From Pecten maximus (Eukaryota), in NCBI RefSeq assembly GCF_902652985.1, contig NC_047022.1, positions 21,452,001-21,516,000 of the forward strand: a stretch of 64,000 nucleotides of DNA, read 5' to 3'. Under the pieces are notes generated by a model that saw only the letters and a program-made list of their open reading frames with translations, ran no database searches and had not been told where the DNA came from. Position 1 is the first letter of the stretch; every line of letters starts with the position of its first letter. Both the position numbers and the translations under genes were made by a program. Shown here one piece after another: positions 1-14,570 of the stretch.

Positions 1-880
1 GTAACCTATACAGACAGTAACCTATACATACAGTAATCTATACAGACAGTAACCTGTACAGACAGTAACATATACATACAGTAACCTATACAGACAGTAA
101 CCTGTACAGACAGTAGCCTATACAGACAGTAACCTATACAGACAGTAACCTATACAGACAGTAACCTATACAGACAGTAACCTATACAGACAGTAACCTG
201 TACAGACAGTAACCTATACAGACAATAACCTATACAGACAGTAATCTATACAGACAGTAACCTATACAGACAGTAACCTATACAGACAGTTACCTATACA
301 GACAGTAACCTGTACAGACAGTAACCTATACAGACAGTAACCTATACAGACAATAACCTATACAGACAGTAATCTATACAGACAGTAACCTGTACAGACA
401 GTAACCTATACAGACAGTAACCTGTACAGACAGTAACCTATACAGACAGTAACCTGTACAGACAGTAACCTATACAGACAGTAACCTATACAGACAATAA
501 CCTATACAGACAGTAACCTGTACAGACAGTAACATATACAGACAATAACCTATACAGACAGTAACCTGTACAGACAGTAACCTGTACAGACAGTAACCTA
601 TACAGACAGTAACCTGTACAGACAGTAACCTATACAGACAGTAACCTATACAGACAGTAACCTATACAGACAATAACCTATACAGACAGTAACCTATACA
701 GACAGTAACCTATACAGACAGTAACCTGTACATACAGTAACCTATACAGACAGTAACCTATACAGACAGTAACCTATACAGACAGTAACCTTTACAGACA
801 GTAACCTATACAGACAGACACCTGTACGGACAGTAACATGTACAGACAGTAATCTGTACAGACAGACACCTGTACAGACA
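1..880. repeat. 16-bp minisatellite (GTAACCTATACAGACA)n, about 55 copies, runs off the window start
   Basis: Direct tandem periodicity of 16 nt with CTATAC/CTGTAC variants. Confidence 0.97.
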
Positions 881-3491
881 GTAGCCAGCAGATCAATAGT
901 ACGGTCAATGTAAGGTTGACAAGTGTATATAAGGTAGATCAGGAAGCTCTCAATATGAAGCTCGATGTTTTGTAAATATGAGTTATATCTGCATCTATAA
1001 CAGTGCCTGCTATAGTTTCTTTGTCACAAACACATACATGGACATCAACCTCCATGGTTCTTGTTACTCTTACACTTTTCTGTAGAATTACTTGGTTGGG
1101 TTAGTATCCTTTATTTGTAAAGTGATGTGTCAGCACAGCTGCTACCGGAAAAAAAAACACATTTAAATAAATCTTCGTTAAACACGTCGTTTCTGCATCC
1201 TTAAATCTACATATCATTTCCTCTGAGTTCTTGATTCATCCACAACAGAATACCGAAGTCAAACACCTAACTGTAAAATGGGGTACAGAAAATAAAACAT
1301 CGAAAACGAAACACTTGTTTTTTTTAATGCGTACGTTTGTAGATCTTGCTGGCACATTTGTAAGACACAGTAATTAACTCGAAGGTGTTTCCTTATCGTT
1401 ATAGATATGATTCCATACCGACTTCTGTTTATCATAAACTGATTAGCATGAGGTTTACCTCAAAAAGACTATATTTAGGATACACAGATAACTGGTCCGA
1501 GTTTGATATATAATTGAGTCCAGATAATTGATAATTCCACCTCGCTCTCTACTGATCTTTACGTAACATCGATCATCGAGGCGTCAAAAGATGGATTTTT
1601 TTTTATCTGTAGCTAACCTTAGAACACTACCTCTAAATAAATAAAACACATCCTGTGTTTTCAGAACTGTCGATACTCCTAAAACACTAATCACATTCCT
1701 GATATAAGTTATAGGCCCTTTGGAACAAGTCTGGTTTCTCACACCAGACCTGTGAACGAATTATTGGTAAATGTTGCTGGATTCGTTTGTCGTCTATGAC
1801 CTTTGGACGTTAAGGTAGCGTGGAATGTGTTTAGTATCAGACGATAAGATGTGCGCCTCCTACCTACCCTCCGAGTCTGATTTAACAATTACCACAGCAG
1901 GAAAAAAGAACGCTTCAACAAAACTCATCTTCTGTATTTATTTTAAGACACAAACTTCCGTATTGTATAAATATATAACCAACAGGCATTCAAAAAACAA
2001 TGATATCAAGTTAAATATCCAATACAGTGTCTGTTCTGTCTAGGTGTTTATTTTTGGTGTAACCTTTAATTATACCAGGCTATATACTAGGTGTTTATGA
2101 CAGAATACATGCCTCTTGTTGCGGCTAATGTATATACATCACAAGATTACGCCAACTTTAGCTACAGCAAGAATGTAATTCTAAAACATTCATAACTTAT
2201 TGTAAGCCTCTGTATCTATTCATAGATATCTACTTTCACTTTGCCTTGCGAACAATATAATTCAATAAAATCACACATAAAAGTTAGCCTGCCCTTCTGT
2301 TAATGTAAAAACTAGGTTAGGCGATGTTAAATTACAATGTCCAGATACATCTATTAGAAAAAATTAACTAAGTAACAGTATATAACAAAAATAAAATATT
2401 CTATATGTTAATGAAAATAAATAGATTATTAATTGAATATATGACGGCACTGTAAGTCACTTCATTGTCGCGAAATAAAACGCACACAAAAATAGAGTGC
2501 TTTACAGTAAAACGTTTTGTTAAGACACAGAAATAGAGACACAGCAGTGTTATGTAAAACAATTTAAACATCGATATAAATATTACACTACTAATCATAT
2601 CAAATGCGCTGCACATTTATCAACAATATTTTAATTTCTTCGAACAAATGGACGGAGGGATCCATTAATAACAAGGTATGCTTCCTCGTTAAAGTAAAAC
2701 TTGTACGTTAATCAGACTGTCACGCTTATTAGATACAGACAAGTTTCCATGGTGAATTTTATTGCATACAGACACCGGTAAACTATTTTTGGGTAATATC
2801 ATTTAATTACCGGCCATTTTGAGCCCTCAGTGAAGACATTAGATATAGAAGAACTGAGATAAATATGTCTTCGTGTTTTAACGAATGAACGATATGGAAC
2901 ACGGGCACCATTCTGGCATGAGCTACCATCGTATAAACAAACACTTAATCGGGCCGAAGACATATTAGTAAAACACTACAAGCCAGATATATGTGTAGAA
3001 AAAACAGCCATGCACAGATAGTACGTAGGTTGTATATCAACAAGCTGATAAATGTTATATCAATTACCAAGGGGCGAAAGACCTTTCTGTTCGGTGTAGT
3101 GACATATTTTAATGTAGCTATCAGTTCAATTGATGCATTAGATTAAAAAAACAACATGTCCCCCTCCCTACAGAGATGTTTTCGGTTAAAGTAGCAGGGT
3201 AGATTCATAAGGTCAACGCCTTCCTCTTACCAGTATCAATAAGTCGTTATCACAGACAACATTCTAACTTAATTACCTGTATACGATCGGCACCCATTCC
3301 ATCAAAACAAGGAGTTGGTTGTCCTTCCGGTTACCGTTACAGGGCAAGCTGTGTTGTTAAATGGCACTTACTGTCTGGTGAACACCTACAGCCGAGTTTA
3401 TATCTAGATATTCCAAAACTAATCTCTGCCATCACTGGGATAGCTTGCTTTAGAAACACTCTCAAATATTAAAACAGCTAAATGTGACATT

Positions 3492-3620
3492 TGATGAACT
3501 CTTCATTAAAGTTGTCTGACTCCACATTTTCTGAACAAAGGAGTCCTCGTCTGATGAACTGTTCACTAAAGTTGTCTAACACTACATTTTCTGAACAAAG
3601 GAACTAAAGTTGTTTGACTG
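3492..3620. repeat. Short tandem duplication (about 60 bp x2 plus a partial copy)
   Basis: TGATGAACT..TTCA.TAAAGTTGTCT...CATTTTCTGAACAAAGGA occurs at about 3492 and 3552. Confidence 0.7.
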
Positions 3621-4574
3621 TGCATTTTGATACATTAAATAATGAACAGAGCTTATCAACAAAATCAGTACATTTCTACATCAAAAACACTTTCCAACTG
3701 CACACGAGCATGGTAACACGAGCGTGGTATATTTATTCCACGATTAGTTATATTCTAATTCAATTACTAATTCCTTACTTTATTCGATAGCGAGTTACCC
3801 GGCTTTATTTACAACGGTTTATTTATTTTATATTCATACATTTATATTTATCTTTTATATTTATATATCTTACATATATAAATATACATTTATTTCAATA
3901 ACACAGCGCCCAATGGGTAACGACAATGACACGTACAATGATTTAGGTGGAGAAATTAAACTACTAAATAATTTAATTGTCTGGCTATTTATATCATAAT
4001 ATTGCACGAGGAATCTAAATTTTCAAATGCAAAGGAACAATGATTTTTCCTGTATAGTTTAGTATACAGAACATGATTTTTTTTCTACATCCTCGTGTCT
4101 CACGACCCTGGAGTATAATAATATTTCTGGATATCGACAAACTGACAAATTCATACCCTTTACACAAATAACATCACTAGTAAAATACATTTCTTAATAT
4201 GAAGTATTCTTTCGTTAGGCACAATCAACTGTACGTTGTTTAAAATCACAGTCAATAGCGGACGGACTCCTGGTAAATAATGACGTTCATAGATAAACAT
4301 CGACATGTGTAGACAATGTAATCACATGATGTCTGTGTATAGTTAACACATTAAAACAGAGTTTGCATAAACATAATTAAAAATCACTCAGCGAAGTCAT
4401 GCATCTAAGGATATCTTTAAACAGTTACATCTATTGCGTCACCAAACACGTAAACATCCTCACTCAATCTGAACTCTATATTAATCAAAATATATATGTC
4501 GAAGCAACAATGAGCATGCGCACGTGTTGTATCAGCTGTTCACCCACTTGCACACGTGTACTATACTTATATAT

Positions 4575-4948
4575 TTATTTGTCTTTCTTTTCTTCCAGAT
4601 TAGTTTGGTTGTGTGTCTCTCCTTGGTCGCCATTGACCGTGACGGTGTTTACTTCCGGTGTGGGTTCATCATCAGAGACATTCGGTTCTTCATCTAAGTC
4701 ACACAAACGTAAACTTTTATTCCACAGCTGTCGACCTTTAGCTTTATCCTTGACAAAATCCTTTGTTTTCAATGGTTTACAGTTCTCAAACATTTTCCCG
4801 GATTGATCTCTGATACCTTCTGCGACTGCGCAGTAAACGACTGTCTGACATCCTTCCTCTGGGGTCTTGAAGAGAAACCTTGCAGCTGCACGTAAGACTT
4901 GTCCAAAAAGTCCAGGCCAATTCCTCAGAAGTTCCGTGTGAACACAGC
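4575..4948 (-). CDS. Retinol dehydrogenase 11/12/13/14-like SDR, exon 4 (last)
   Basis: Acceptor ttcag at 4949-4953; G|GC restores HPG-CVHTELLR; KTPEEGCQTVVYCAV and LWNKSLRL are typical of the RDH C-terminus; stop at 4575. Confidence 0.93.
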
Positions 4949-5676
4949 CTGAAGCAGACATTAAACCAATTTAATAACGCTGTGTGGTCGTTGTATGGCG
5001 CGTTCATGAATATATCCTTATCTGCTATATTAATCATTTAGTCATTAAGTATCAAGGACGAGCAAAGCAGTACCTTGGAAAACTATTTATTTATATGATT
5101 AGATGTATGTGAATATTATCTGCCGACCAGCGTTTCTACACATGGAGATTAATTGCTTTTTTCCTGCGCTACCAGTAATTTGTTTTTCGTACTCCAGAAA
5201 CTACTTTACAATATATGGCCATATGTTTTAAGCTCTAACAGCATATTGATGTATGATGGCGAAAACATATACCACGGATACTACAAGGAGGACATGTACA
5301 ATGGTGTACTGTAGTATCGAATTTGATGATCTCGTCATTTTCTCTTTAACTTCACGAAAGGTTTTCGTGCCAAAGTACATTTGTATAGATCCTTAAATGT
5401 ATATTTCAGATTAGTAGAGCAAGAAAAAGTTGGTTAGTTATTCATTATTAGAAATGATTAACAACATTTAAACATTACTTGGCTTATATGGTCAAAATGG
5501 CGACATACATGTATGTATATGTTTTGTAGAATTCTTTGTATTTTGAACATCAGCTACATCGTACATGACATTATGAAATGACCCTTGAGCGGTCAACCGT
5601 TTTCGATTGTCGTCACATGACATCGGTTGTTACAAGGATGACAAGCCCAAAACAAACAAACAGTATCGATACTTAC

Positions 5677-5982
5677 CTGGATGTACAGCATAGCAGAGCA
5701 CGACGTCGGGGAACCAGCACCTATGAGCCTCCACTGTGAACTGCGCTATTGCAAGTTTACTGCGTGCGTATGCACCGTAAATATCGTAATTCTTCATCGA
5801 GAGGTCCTCAAATTCCAGCCTGCCCTTTTTATAGGAGTCAGAACATACATTGACGATGCGACTTGGTGCACATTTCTTCAATTTGTCCTTAAGAAGATAG
5901 GTCAGATAGAAGTGGCCCAGATAGTTAACACCAAAACTCCTCTCGTAGCCGTCCTCTGTCGTGGCGCGGGGGCCCATGTAAG
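5677..5982 (-). CDS. RDH-like SDR, exon 3
   Basis: caacag acceptor and g|gtaagt donor; TEDGYERSFGVNYLGHF, SRIVNVCS, catalytic YxxxK (YARSK), VHPG. Confidence 0.95.
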
Positions 5983-6451
5983 CTGTTGACAAACGTATCG
6001 TATTCAATTTACTCGTCACAGAAACATGGTTATGATGTTTAGCAGCAACGATATAATTATCTCCAATCACAATTTCATTGGTTACATTTTTGTGTAGAAA
6101 ATGCTTTATACAAACACAATGACGTCACGAAATAAATTAAAGTGAATTTGATTTAAAATGGGCATCTTTAAGTAATTGATTAAAAAAGAAATGGAATACA
6201 TAAAAATGACAGTAGAGTTTTTCATTTAATGATGAGATAATATCTTATCATCTTTATTATGTTCGTCCAGGGGACCCAGATGACCCAGGGGACCTAGTCT
6301 GACTCATGGACGGTAATACTCCAACATTACCAACTATCGAATTACAGGGGATTAAAACTTTTATTTACATGACCTTGACCCAGTAATTTGTCTTAATATT
6401 CCAAAATATATATCTATACGTACAAATGTATATGACGGCATATGAACTCAC

Positions 6452-6694
6452 CAGCATTATTGATGAGGATGTCTAGTTTCGGCTCCTTATCCTGGAAGTC
6501 TTGCACAAATTCCTTCACGGTTCGCAAACTTCCAAGATCAATGTAAGATGCGTACACGTCATCGTTATGTGTCTTCATACGTATTGCCCTGGCAACTGCT
6601 TCCGCTTTCTTCAAGTTCCGACAGGCAAGGATGACCTTGGCACCTCTTTTGGCGAGATCATACGCAGTAGACTTTCCAAGTCCTCCAGACGCTC
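6452..6694 (-). CDS. RDH-like SDR, exon 2
   Basis: ttttag acceptor completes TG|ASGGLG (TGxxxGxG); KVILACRN, DLGSL, LDILINNA; donor gtgagt. Confidence 0.95.
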
Positions 6695-7751
6695 CTAAAA
6701 TGAGAATGCAACAGTTTTATCGTGAAGTTAATTCATTCAATGCTTTGAATGTTAACAGTTTTGTGCTATTCTTTCCGGTAAATGACTTTGGTCGAAACGA
6801 AAATTAGCCAATGTACTTCTTTTGACAGTTAATTATATGTGCTCAGGAGAGTGTGAGCCGAACTTTGGAGCCTGAACTTTCAATATAATATTGTGTATTC
6901 TAAAAATGAAGGAAGACGCATGCAACTGTCATTCCAAATGTATTCTTATCGATATTAACGTTATCTCATTGCCATAGAAACACAAACACTAAAGTTTATG
7001 TAGGCGATGTTAAAGGGCCTGTTTCCAAAATGGCCCCTTCTCTGATTCAAATTTCCTGTTGGCGGTGCATTGCCCATGCCGTTGTGGTCACAAATCTATA
7101 AAGTATAAAGATTTAGGTCACTTGGTTTGTTTTTTATGGCTCCTCAAAGTTGTACCTTTCAGAAGCTGTCTAAGTGTTGATAAAATGTGCATGTTATGTA
7201 AAATATTAATGAAAATCTAATCAAATGATGGTCACCGTAAAGAATACATTCATGGCATGATTGTGACAAAAAATCATGTTTCCATCGCGCCATTTGGCTG
7301 TTTTATGGAAGAAACAATCTCAAAAATGCCATTTTCGATGATAACATTTTAGACACAAAAACCCTTTGAGATTGTCACGCTAGGTTTTGAATTCCATTTC
7401 ATCAGAACCGCAAGATAAATAGTGAAAATACATTGTCTAGATACTATCGTTCTGGGTGTTTCCTGAAATGCGTTTAAACTATGATTTAAACCCAATAAAT
7501 GTTTTAAGAAATTAATTCAAATCTTGTATTGAGCGGACATTTACAGCAATGAGGTCATTAAAATCAAATGCGGAATCGTTACAATGTTAAAGAGAACCCG
7601 AGAACAAACAACGGACTGTTAATATCGCTAGGCGGACATTTCAGTTCAGACCTAACACAGCAACTTTTTAATTCAAGTGTTATGATCACGCGATGTAACG
7701 GGTAAACATTCTGTCATGTAGGCTATACATAAAGGTTTCATAGGCAGTCTT

Positions 7752-10700
7752 CCAAACAGTATGATGATCTAATGTACCGGTGGGGCGGACCTTCTCAAGT
7801 TAACAGTATGATGTTATAATGTACCGGTGGGGCCGACCTTCTCCAGTAAACAGTATGATGATCTAATGTACGGGTGGGGCCGACCTTCTCCAGTAAACAG
7901 TATGATGATCTAATGTACCGGTGGGGCCGACCATCTCCAGTAAACAGTATGGTGATCTAATGTACCGGTGGGGCCGACCTTCTCCAGTAAACAGTATGGT
8001 GATCTATTGTACCGGTGGGGCCGACCTTCTCCAGTAAACAGTATGATGATCTAATGTACCGGTGGGGCCGACCTTCTCTAGTAAACAGTATGGTGATCTA
8101 ATGTACCGGTGGGGCCGACTTTCTCCAGTAAACAGTATGATGATCTAATGTACCGGTGGGGCCGACCTTCTCAAGTAAACAGTATGATGATCTAATGTAC
8201 CAGTGGGGGCCGACCTTCTCCAGTAAACAGTATGATGTTATAATGTACCGGTGGGGCCGACCTTCTCTAGTAAACAGTATGATGATCTAATGTACCAGTG
8301 GGGGCCGACCTTCTCCAGTAAACAGTATGATGTTATAATGTACCGGTGGGGCCGACCTTCTCTAGTAAACAGTATGATGATCTAATGTACCGGTGGGGCC
8401 GACCTTCTCCAGTAAACAGTATGATGATCTAATGTACCGGTGGGGCCGACCTTCTCCAGTAAACAGTATGATGATATAATGTACCGGTGGGGCCGACCTT
8501 CTCCAGTAAACAGTATGGTGATCTAATGTACCGGTGGGGCCGACCTTCTCCAGTAAACAATATGGTGATCTAATGTACCGGTGGGGCCGACCTTCTCCAG
8601 TAAACAGTATGATGATCTAATGTACCGGTGGGGCCGACCTTCACTAGTAAACAGTATGGTGATCTAATGTACCGGTGGGGCCGACCTTCTCCAGTAAACA
8701 GTATGATGATATAATGTACCGGTGGGGCCGACCTTCTCAAGTAAACAGTATGATGATCTAATGTACCAGTGGGGCCGACCTTCTCCAGTAAACAGTATGA
8801 TGATCTAATGTACCGGTGGGGCCGACCTTCTCAAGTAAACAGTATGATGATCTAATGTACCGGTGGGGCCGACCTTCTCCAGTAAACAGTATGATGATCC
8901 AATGTACCGGTGGGGCCGACCTTCTCCAGTAAACAGTATGATGATCTAATGTACCGGTGGGGCCGACCTTCTCCAGTAAACAGTATGATGATCTAATGTA
9001 CCGGTGGGGCCGACCTTCTCCAGTAAACAGTATGATGATCTAATGTACCGGTGGGGCCGACCTTCTCCAGTAAACAGTATGATGATCTAATGTACCGGTG
9101 GGGCCGACCTTCTCAAGTAAACAGTATGGTGTTATAATGTACCGGTGGGGCGGACCTTCTCAAGTAAACAGTATGATGATCTAATGTACCGGTGGGGCCG
9201 ACCATCTCCAGTAAACAGTATGATGATCTTATGTACCGGTGGGGCCGACCTTCTCCAGTAAACAGTATGATGATCTAATGTACCGATGGGGCCGACCTTC
9301 TCAAGTAAACAGTATGATGATCTAATGTACCGGTGGGGCCGACCTTCTCCAGTAAACAGTATGATGATCTAATGTACCGGTGGGGCCGACCTTCTCCAGT
9401 AAACAGTATGATTATCTAATGTACCGGTGGGGCCGACCTTCTCCAGTAAACAGTATGATGATCTAATGTACCGGTGGGGCCGACCTTCTCCAGTAAACAG
9501 TATGATGATCTAATGTACCGGTGGGGCCGACCTTCTCCAGTAAACAGTATGATGATCTAATGTACCGGTGGGGCCGACCTTCTCTAGTAAACAGTATGAT
9601 TATCTAATGTACCGGTGGGGCCGACCTTCTCCAGTAAACAGTATGATGATCTAATGTACCGGTGGGGCCGACCTTCTCCAGTAAACAGTATGATGATCTA
9701 ATGTACCGGTGGGGCCGACCTTCTCCAGTAAACAGTATGATGATCTAATGTACCGGTGGGGCCGACCTTCTCCAGTAAACAGTATGATGATCTAATGTAC
9801 CGGTGGGGCCGACCTTCTCTAGTAAACAGTATGATGATCTAATGTACCGGTGGGGCCGACCTTCTCCAGTAAACAGTATGATGATCTAATGTACCGGTGG
9901 GGCCGACCTTCTCAAGTAAACAGTATGATGATCTAATGTACCGGTGGGGCCGACCTTCTCCAGTAAACAGTATGATGATATAATGTACCGGTGGGGCCGA
10001 CCTTCTCCAGTAAACAGTATGATGATCTAATGTACCGGTGGGGCCGACCTTCTCAAGTAAACAGTATGATGATCTAATGTACCGGTGGGGCCGACCTTCT
10101 CCAGTAAACAGTATGATGATCTAATGTACCGGTGGGGCCGACCTTCTCAAGTAAACAGTATGATCTAATGTACCGGTGGGGCCGACCTTCTCTAGTAAAC
10201 AGTATGATGATCTAATGTACCGGTGGGGCCGACCTTCTCCAGTAAACAGTATGATGATCTAATGTACCGGTGGGCCGACCTTCTCAAGTAAACAGTATGA
10301 TGATATAATGTACCGGTGGGGCCGACCTTCTCCAGTAAACAGTATGATGATATAATGTACCGGTGGTGCCGACCTTCTCCAGTAAACAGTATGATGATCT
10401 AATGTACCGGTGGGGCCGACCTTCTCCAGTAAACAGTATGATGATCTAATGTACCGGTGGGGCCGACCATCTCCAGTAAACAGTATGGTGATCTAATGTA
10501 CCGGTGGGGCCGACCTTTTCAAGTAAACAGTATGATGATCTAATGTACCGGTGGGGCCGACCTTCTCAAGTAAACAGTATGATGATCTAATGTACCGGTG
10601 GGGCCGACCTTCTCAAGTAAACAGTATGATGATATAATGTACCGGTGGGGCCGACCTTCTCAAGTAAACAGTATGATGATCTAATGTACCGGTGGGGCCG

Positions 10701-11849
10701 ACCTTCTCAAGTAAACAGTATGATGATCTAATGTACCGGTGGGGCCGACCTTCTCAAGTAAACAGTATGATGATCTAATGTACCGGTGGGGCCGACCTTC
10801 TCAAGTAAACAGTATGATGATCTAATGTACCGGTGGGGCCGACCTTCTCCAGTAAACAGTATGATGATATAATGTACCGGTGGTGCCGACCTTCTCCAGT
10901 AAACAGTATGATGATCTAATGTACCGGTGGGGCCGACCTTCTCCAGTAAACAGTATGATGATCTAATGTACCGGTGGGGCCGACCATCTCCAGTAAACAG
11001 TATGATGATATAATGTACTGGTGGGGCCGACCTTCTCAAGTAAACAGTATGGTGATCTAATGTACCGGTGGGGCCGACCTTTTCAAGTAAACAGTATGAT
11101 GATCTAATGTACCGGTGGGGCCGACCTTCTCAAGTAAACAGTATGGTGATCTAATGTACCGGTGGGGCCGACCTTCTCCAGTAAACAGGGTGATGATCTA
11201 ATGTACCGGTGGGGCCGACCTTCTCCAGTAAACAGTATGATGATATAATGTACTGGTGGGGCCGACCTTCTCAAGTAAACAGTATGGTGATCTAATGTAC
11301 CGGTGGGGCCGACCTTTTCAAGTAAACAGTATGATGATCTAATGTACCGGTGGGGCCGACCTTCTCAAGTAAACAGTATGATGATCTAATGTACCGGTGG
11401 GGCCGACCTTCTCAAGTAAACAGTATGATGATATAATGTACCGGTGGGGCCGACCTTCTCAAGTAAACAGTATGATGATCTAATGTACCGGTGGGGCCGA
11501 CCTTCTCAAGTAAACAGTATGATGATCTAATGTACCGGTGGGGCCGACCTTCTCCAGTAAACAGGGTGATGATCTAATGTACCGGTGGGGCCGACCTTCT
11601 CCAGTAAACAGTATGATGATCTAATGTACCGGTGGGGCCGACCTTCTCCAGTAAACAGTATGGTGATCTAATGTACCGGTGGGGCCGACCTTCTCCAGTA
11701 AACAGTATGATGATCTAATGTACCGGTGGGGCCGACCTTCTCCAGTAAACAGTATGATGATCTAATGTACCGGTGGGGCCGACCTTCTCCAGTAAACAGT
11801 ATGATGATCTAATGTACCGGTGGGGCCGACCTTCTCCAGTAAACAGTAT
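7752..11849. repeat. 47-bp minisatellite, about 87 copies, in SDR intron 1
   Basis: Unit GTAAACAGTATGATGATCTAATGTACCGGTGGGGCCGACCTTCTCCA, highly homogeneous. Confidence 0.98.
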
Positions 11850-12094
11850 AGGTATAAGTACATGTATACCATAAGGGAGTTGTATGATAGATCACACAGT
11901 TCATAGTTCACTTAATCATGGAGTCGTTTAATCTCTTGCTCGTCATCTTAGTCAAATGTCGGATTAATTAGTGTAAAACAACTGCAGTTGGAAAGTACTT
12001 TGTAGCTTTAAGAAATTACAGGGAATTGTGCGGATATAATCTGCTTCATAACGGAATGCACAACGGAGAAAGTATGTGGTGATATGTACAGTAA

Positions 12095-12390
12095 AACCCA
12101 GCTGTAGAACAAAATATATCACTACATCTCACAAATAGTGTACAGGTTATCCTGGCTGGAGAACAACACACATCACTACATATCACATATAGTGTGCAGG
12201 TTACCCTGCTGTAGAACAAAACATATAACTACATCTCACATATAGTGTACAGGTTACCCTGGCTGGAGAACAAAACATATCACTACATCTCACATATAGT
12301 GTACAGGTTACCCTGCTGTAGAACAAAACACATCACTACATCTCACAAATAGTGTACAGGTTACCCTGCTGTAGAACAAAACATATCACT
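12095..12390. repeat. 53-54-bp tandem repeat, about 5.5 copies
   Basis: Unit GCTGTAGAACAAAACATATCACTACATCTCACAAATAGTGTACAGGTTACCCT. Confidence 0.92.
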
Positions 12391-13559
12391 TTTTATATTA
12401 ATCATCTGTCAGATTGAAGTATTCACCACCTAAGAGTCCTTCACATAATGATAGGAGTTGAATTAACAAAACACAATCAAAATTTATTATAAATTAATTG
12501 TTGATGACATTGTATGTGACCATATTGGTTCTGAACCCTTCTTGGTGACTCTACATTGCACGTGACCATATTGATTCTGAATCCTATCTACTACGCTCGC
12601 AGGTAACCTTCTGTTCAACAAGATTAACATTTCCCCAGCAGCCTCAGTTCTGCCATGACAGTTTCCACAGGTTATATGACAACTTGAAAGTCTTAACCTG
12701 CTAATTTATTCCTCCAAAATATGACAACTCAAATATAGCATGACAGTCCTCCTGGTCACATGGTATTGATAATGTGCTAAATACGATGTAGACCATGTAC
12801 CCACCTAAACTGAGCGTCAATATAACATCCGTTTGTCTTAGTTAGTTAACAAAAATCATCCCTCACTATGGCGTACGCTCCAAGGTAGGAGGATAGGGGA
12901 TTAAAAGGTCTCAGGTAATAGAAGTTAAAAGTCTGGGTCAAATGAAAACTACCACAAATGTTGCAATGTGTGAATCAGATTAAGATTGGTCGATTCCTTG
13001 ATCTCGACAACATCAGAGGAAATACCTAACTCCGAAAGAGGGTCTCACAATTATTTGGGTTATAAAATTGTTTTCGTACGATGGAAGTGATATAATCTTC
13101 ACTTGTACAAGTGAGAAACGTATCATCATATCGTGTGCCAATTTCACACCTCATTCCCTCTCGGTTTCGTGTCACGTGTGTTAACTTACCTGTATCTTCA
13201 CAACTACAGGAAAGATCGCGTAACAAACACTCCCCAAATGTTGACGTTTAAGATTGAGTCCTTTACTAAAGTGTACAATAATGCATTTCTACATTTTTCG
13301 TCTCGGTCGATAATTTTCATGTTAATTTAACCACCTATTAGCCACAAGTCACATAACTGATACATACATGTAATACAGCACACGCCCCTATCATGTCATA
13401 CAATACTGTACATACAAAATAAAACAATGTAACAAAACGTATATATGTAACCAAAGTAACACAATATAGTTATTATCTTGCTAAAAAGTAAGTGCAAAGA
13501 ATTACAATGTCCGTTCAAACTAGTTAAATAATATGTGTATAAAGTAATACAATGTATAT

Positions 13560-14570
13560 ATACCTATCTCACAAAATATTATGTACCCATCTCACAAAAT
13601 ATTCTATAATCATCTCACATAATATTATATACAAATCTCACAAAATAGTATATACCCATCTCACAAAATAGTATATACTCATCTCACAAAATAGTATTTA
13701 CCCATCTCACAAATAGTATATACTCATCTCACAAAATAGTATATACCCATCTCACAAAATAGTATATACCCATCTCACAAAATAGTATATACCCATCTCA
13801 CAAAATAGTATATACCCATCTCACAAAATAGTATATACCCATCTCACAAAATAGTATATACCCATCTCACAAAATAGTATATACTCATCTCACAAAATAG
13901 TATTTACCCATCTGACTAAATAGTATATACTCATCTCGCTAAATAGTATATACCGATCTGACTAAATAGTATTTACCCATCTCGCTAAATAGTATATACC
14001 GATCTGACTAAATAGTATTTACCCATCTCGCTAAATAGTATATACCGATCTGACTAAATAGTATTTACCCATCTCGCTAAATAGTATATACCGATCTGAC
14101 TAAATAGTATATACCCATCTCGCTAAATAGTATATACCGATCTGACTAAATAGTATTTACCCATCTCGCTAAATAGTATATACCGATCTAACTAAATAGT
14201 ATATACTCATCTCGCTAAATAGTAATACCGATCTGACTAAATAGTATTTACCCATCTCGCTAAATAGTATATACCGATCTGACTAAATAGTATATACCCA
14301 TCTCGCTAAATAGTATATACCCATCTCGCTAAATAGTATATACCCATCTCGCTAAATAGTATATATCCATCTGACTAAATAGTATTTACCTATCTGACTA
14401 AATAGTATATCATCATCTAGCTAATAGTATATATCCATTTCGCTAAAAAGTATATACCCATCTCGCTAAATAGTATATACCCATCTGACTAAATAGTATT
14501 TACCTATCTGACTAAATAGATATATATATCCATCTCGCAAAATAGTAGATACCCATCTCGTTAAGTAGTA
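13560..14570. repeat. 23-bp minisatellite with an internal 46-bp higher-order segment
   Basis: ACCCATCTCACAAAATAGTATAT, then alternating CCCATCTCGCTAAATAG / CCGATCTGACTAAATAG units. Confidence 0.95.

Noticed and set aside
7009-7745. Possible TTAA-flanked DNA transposon starting TTAAAGGG
   Set aside because: No matching right terminal repeat found before the 47-bp array
7752-11849. CRISPR-like regular array
   Set aside because: Units are contiguous with no unique spacers, there are no cas genes, and the context is a eukaryotic intron; it is a minisatellite
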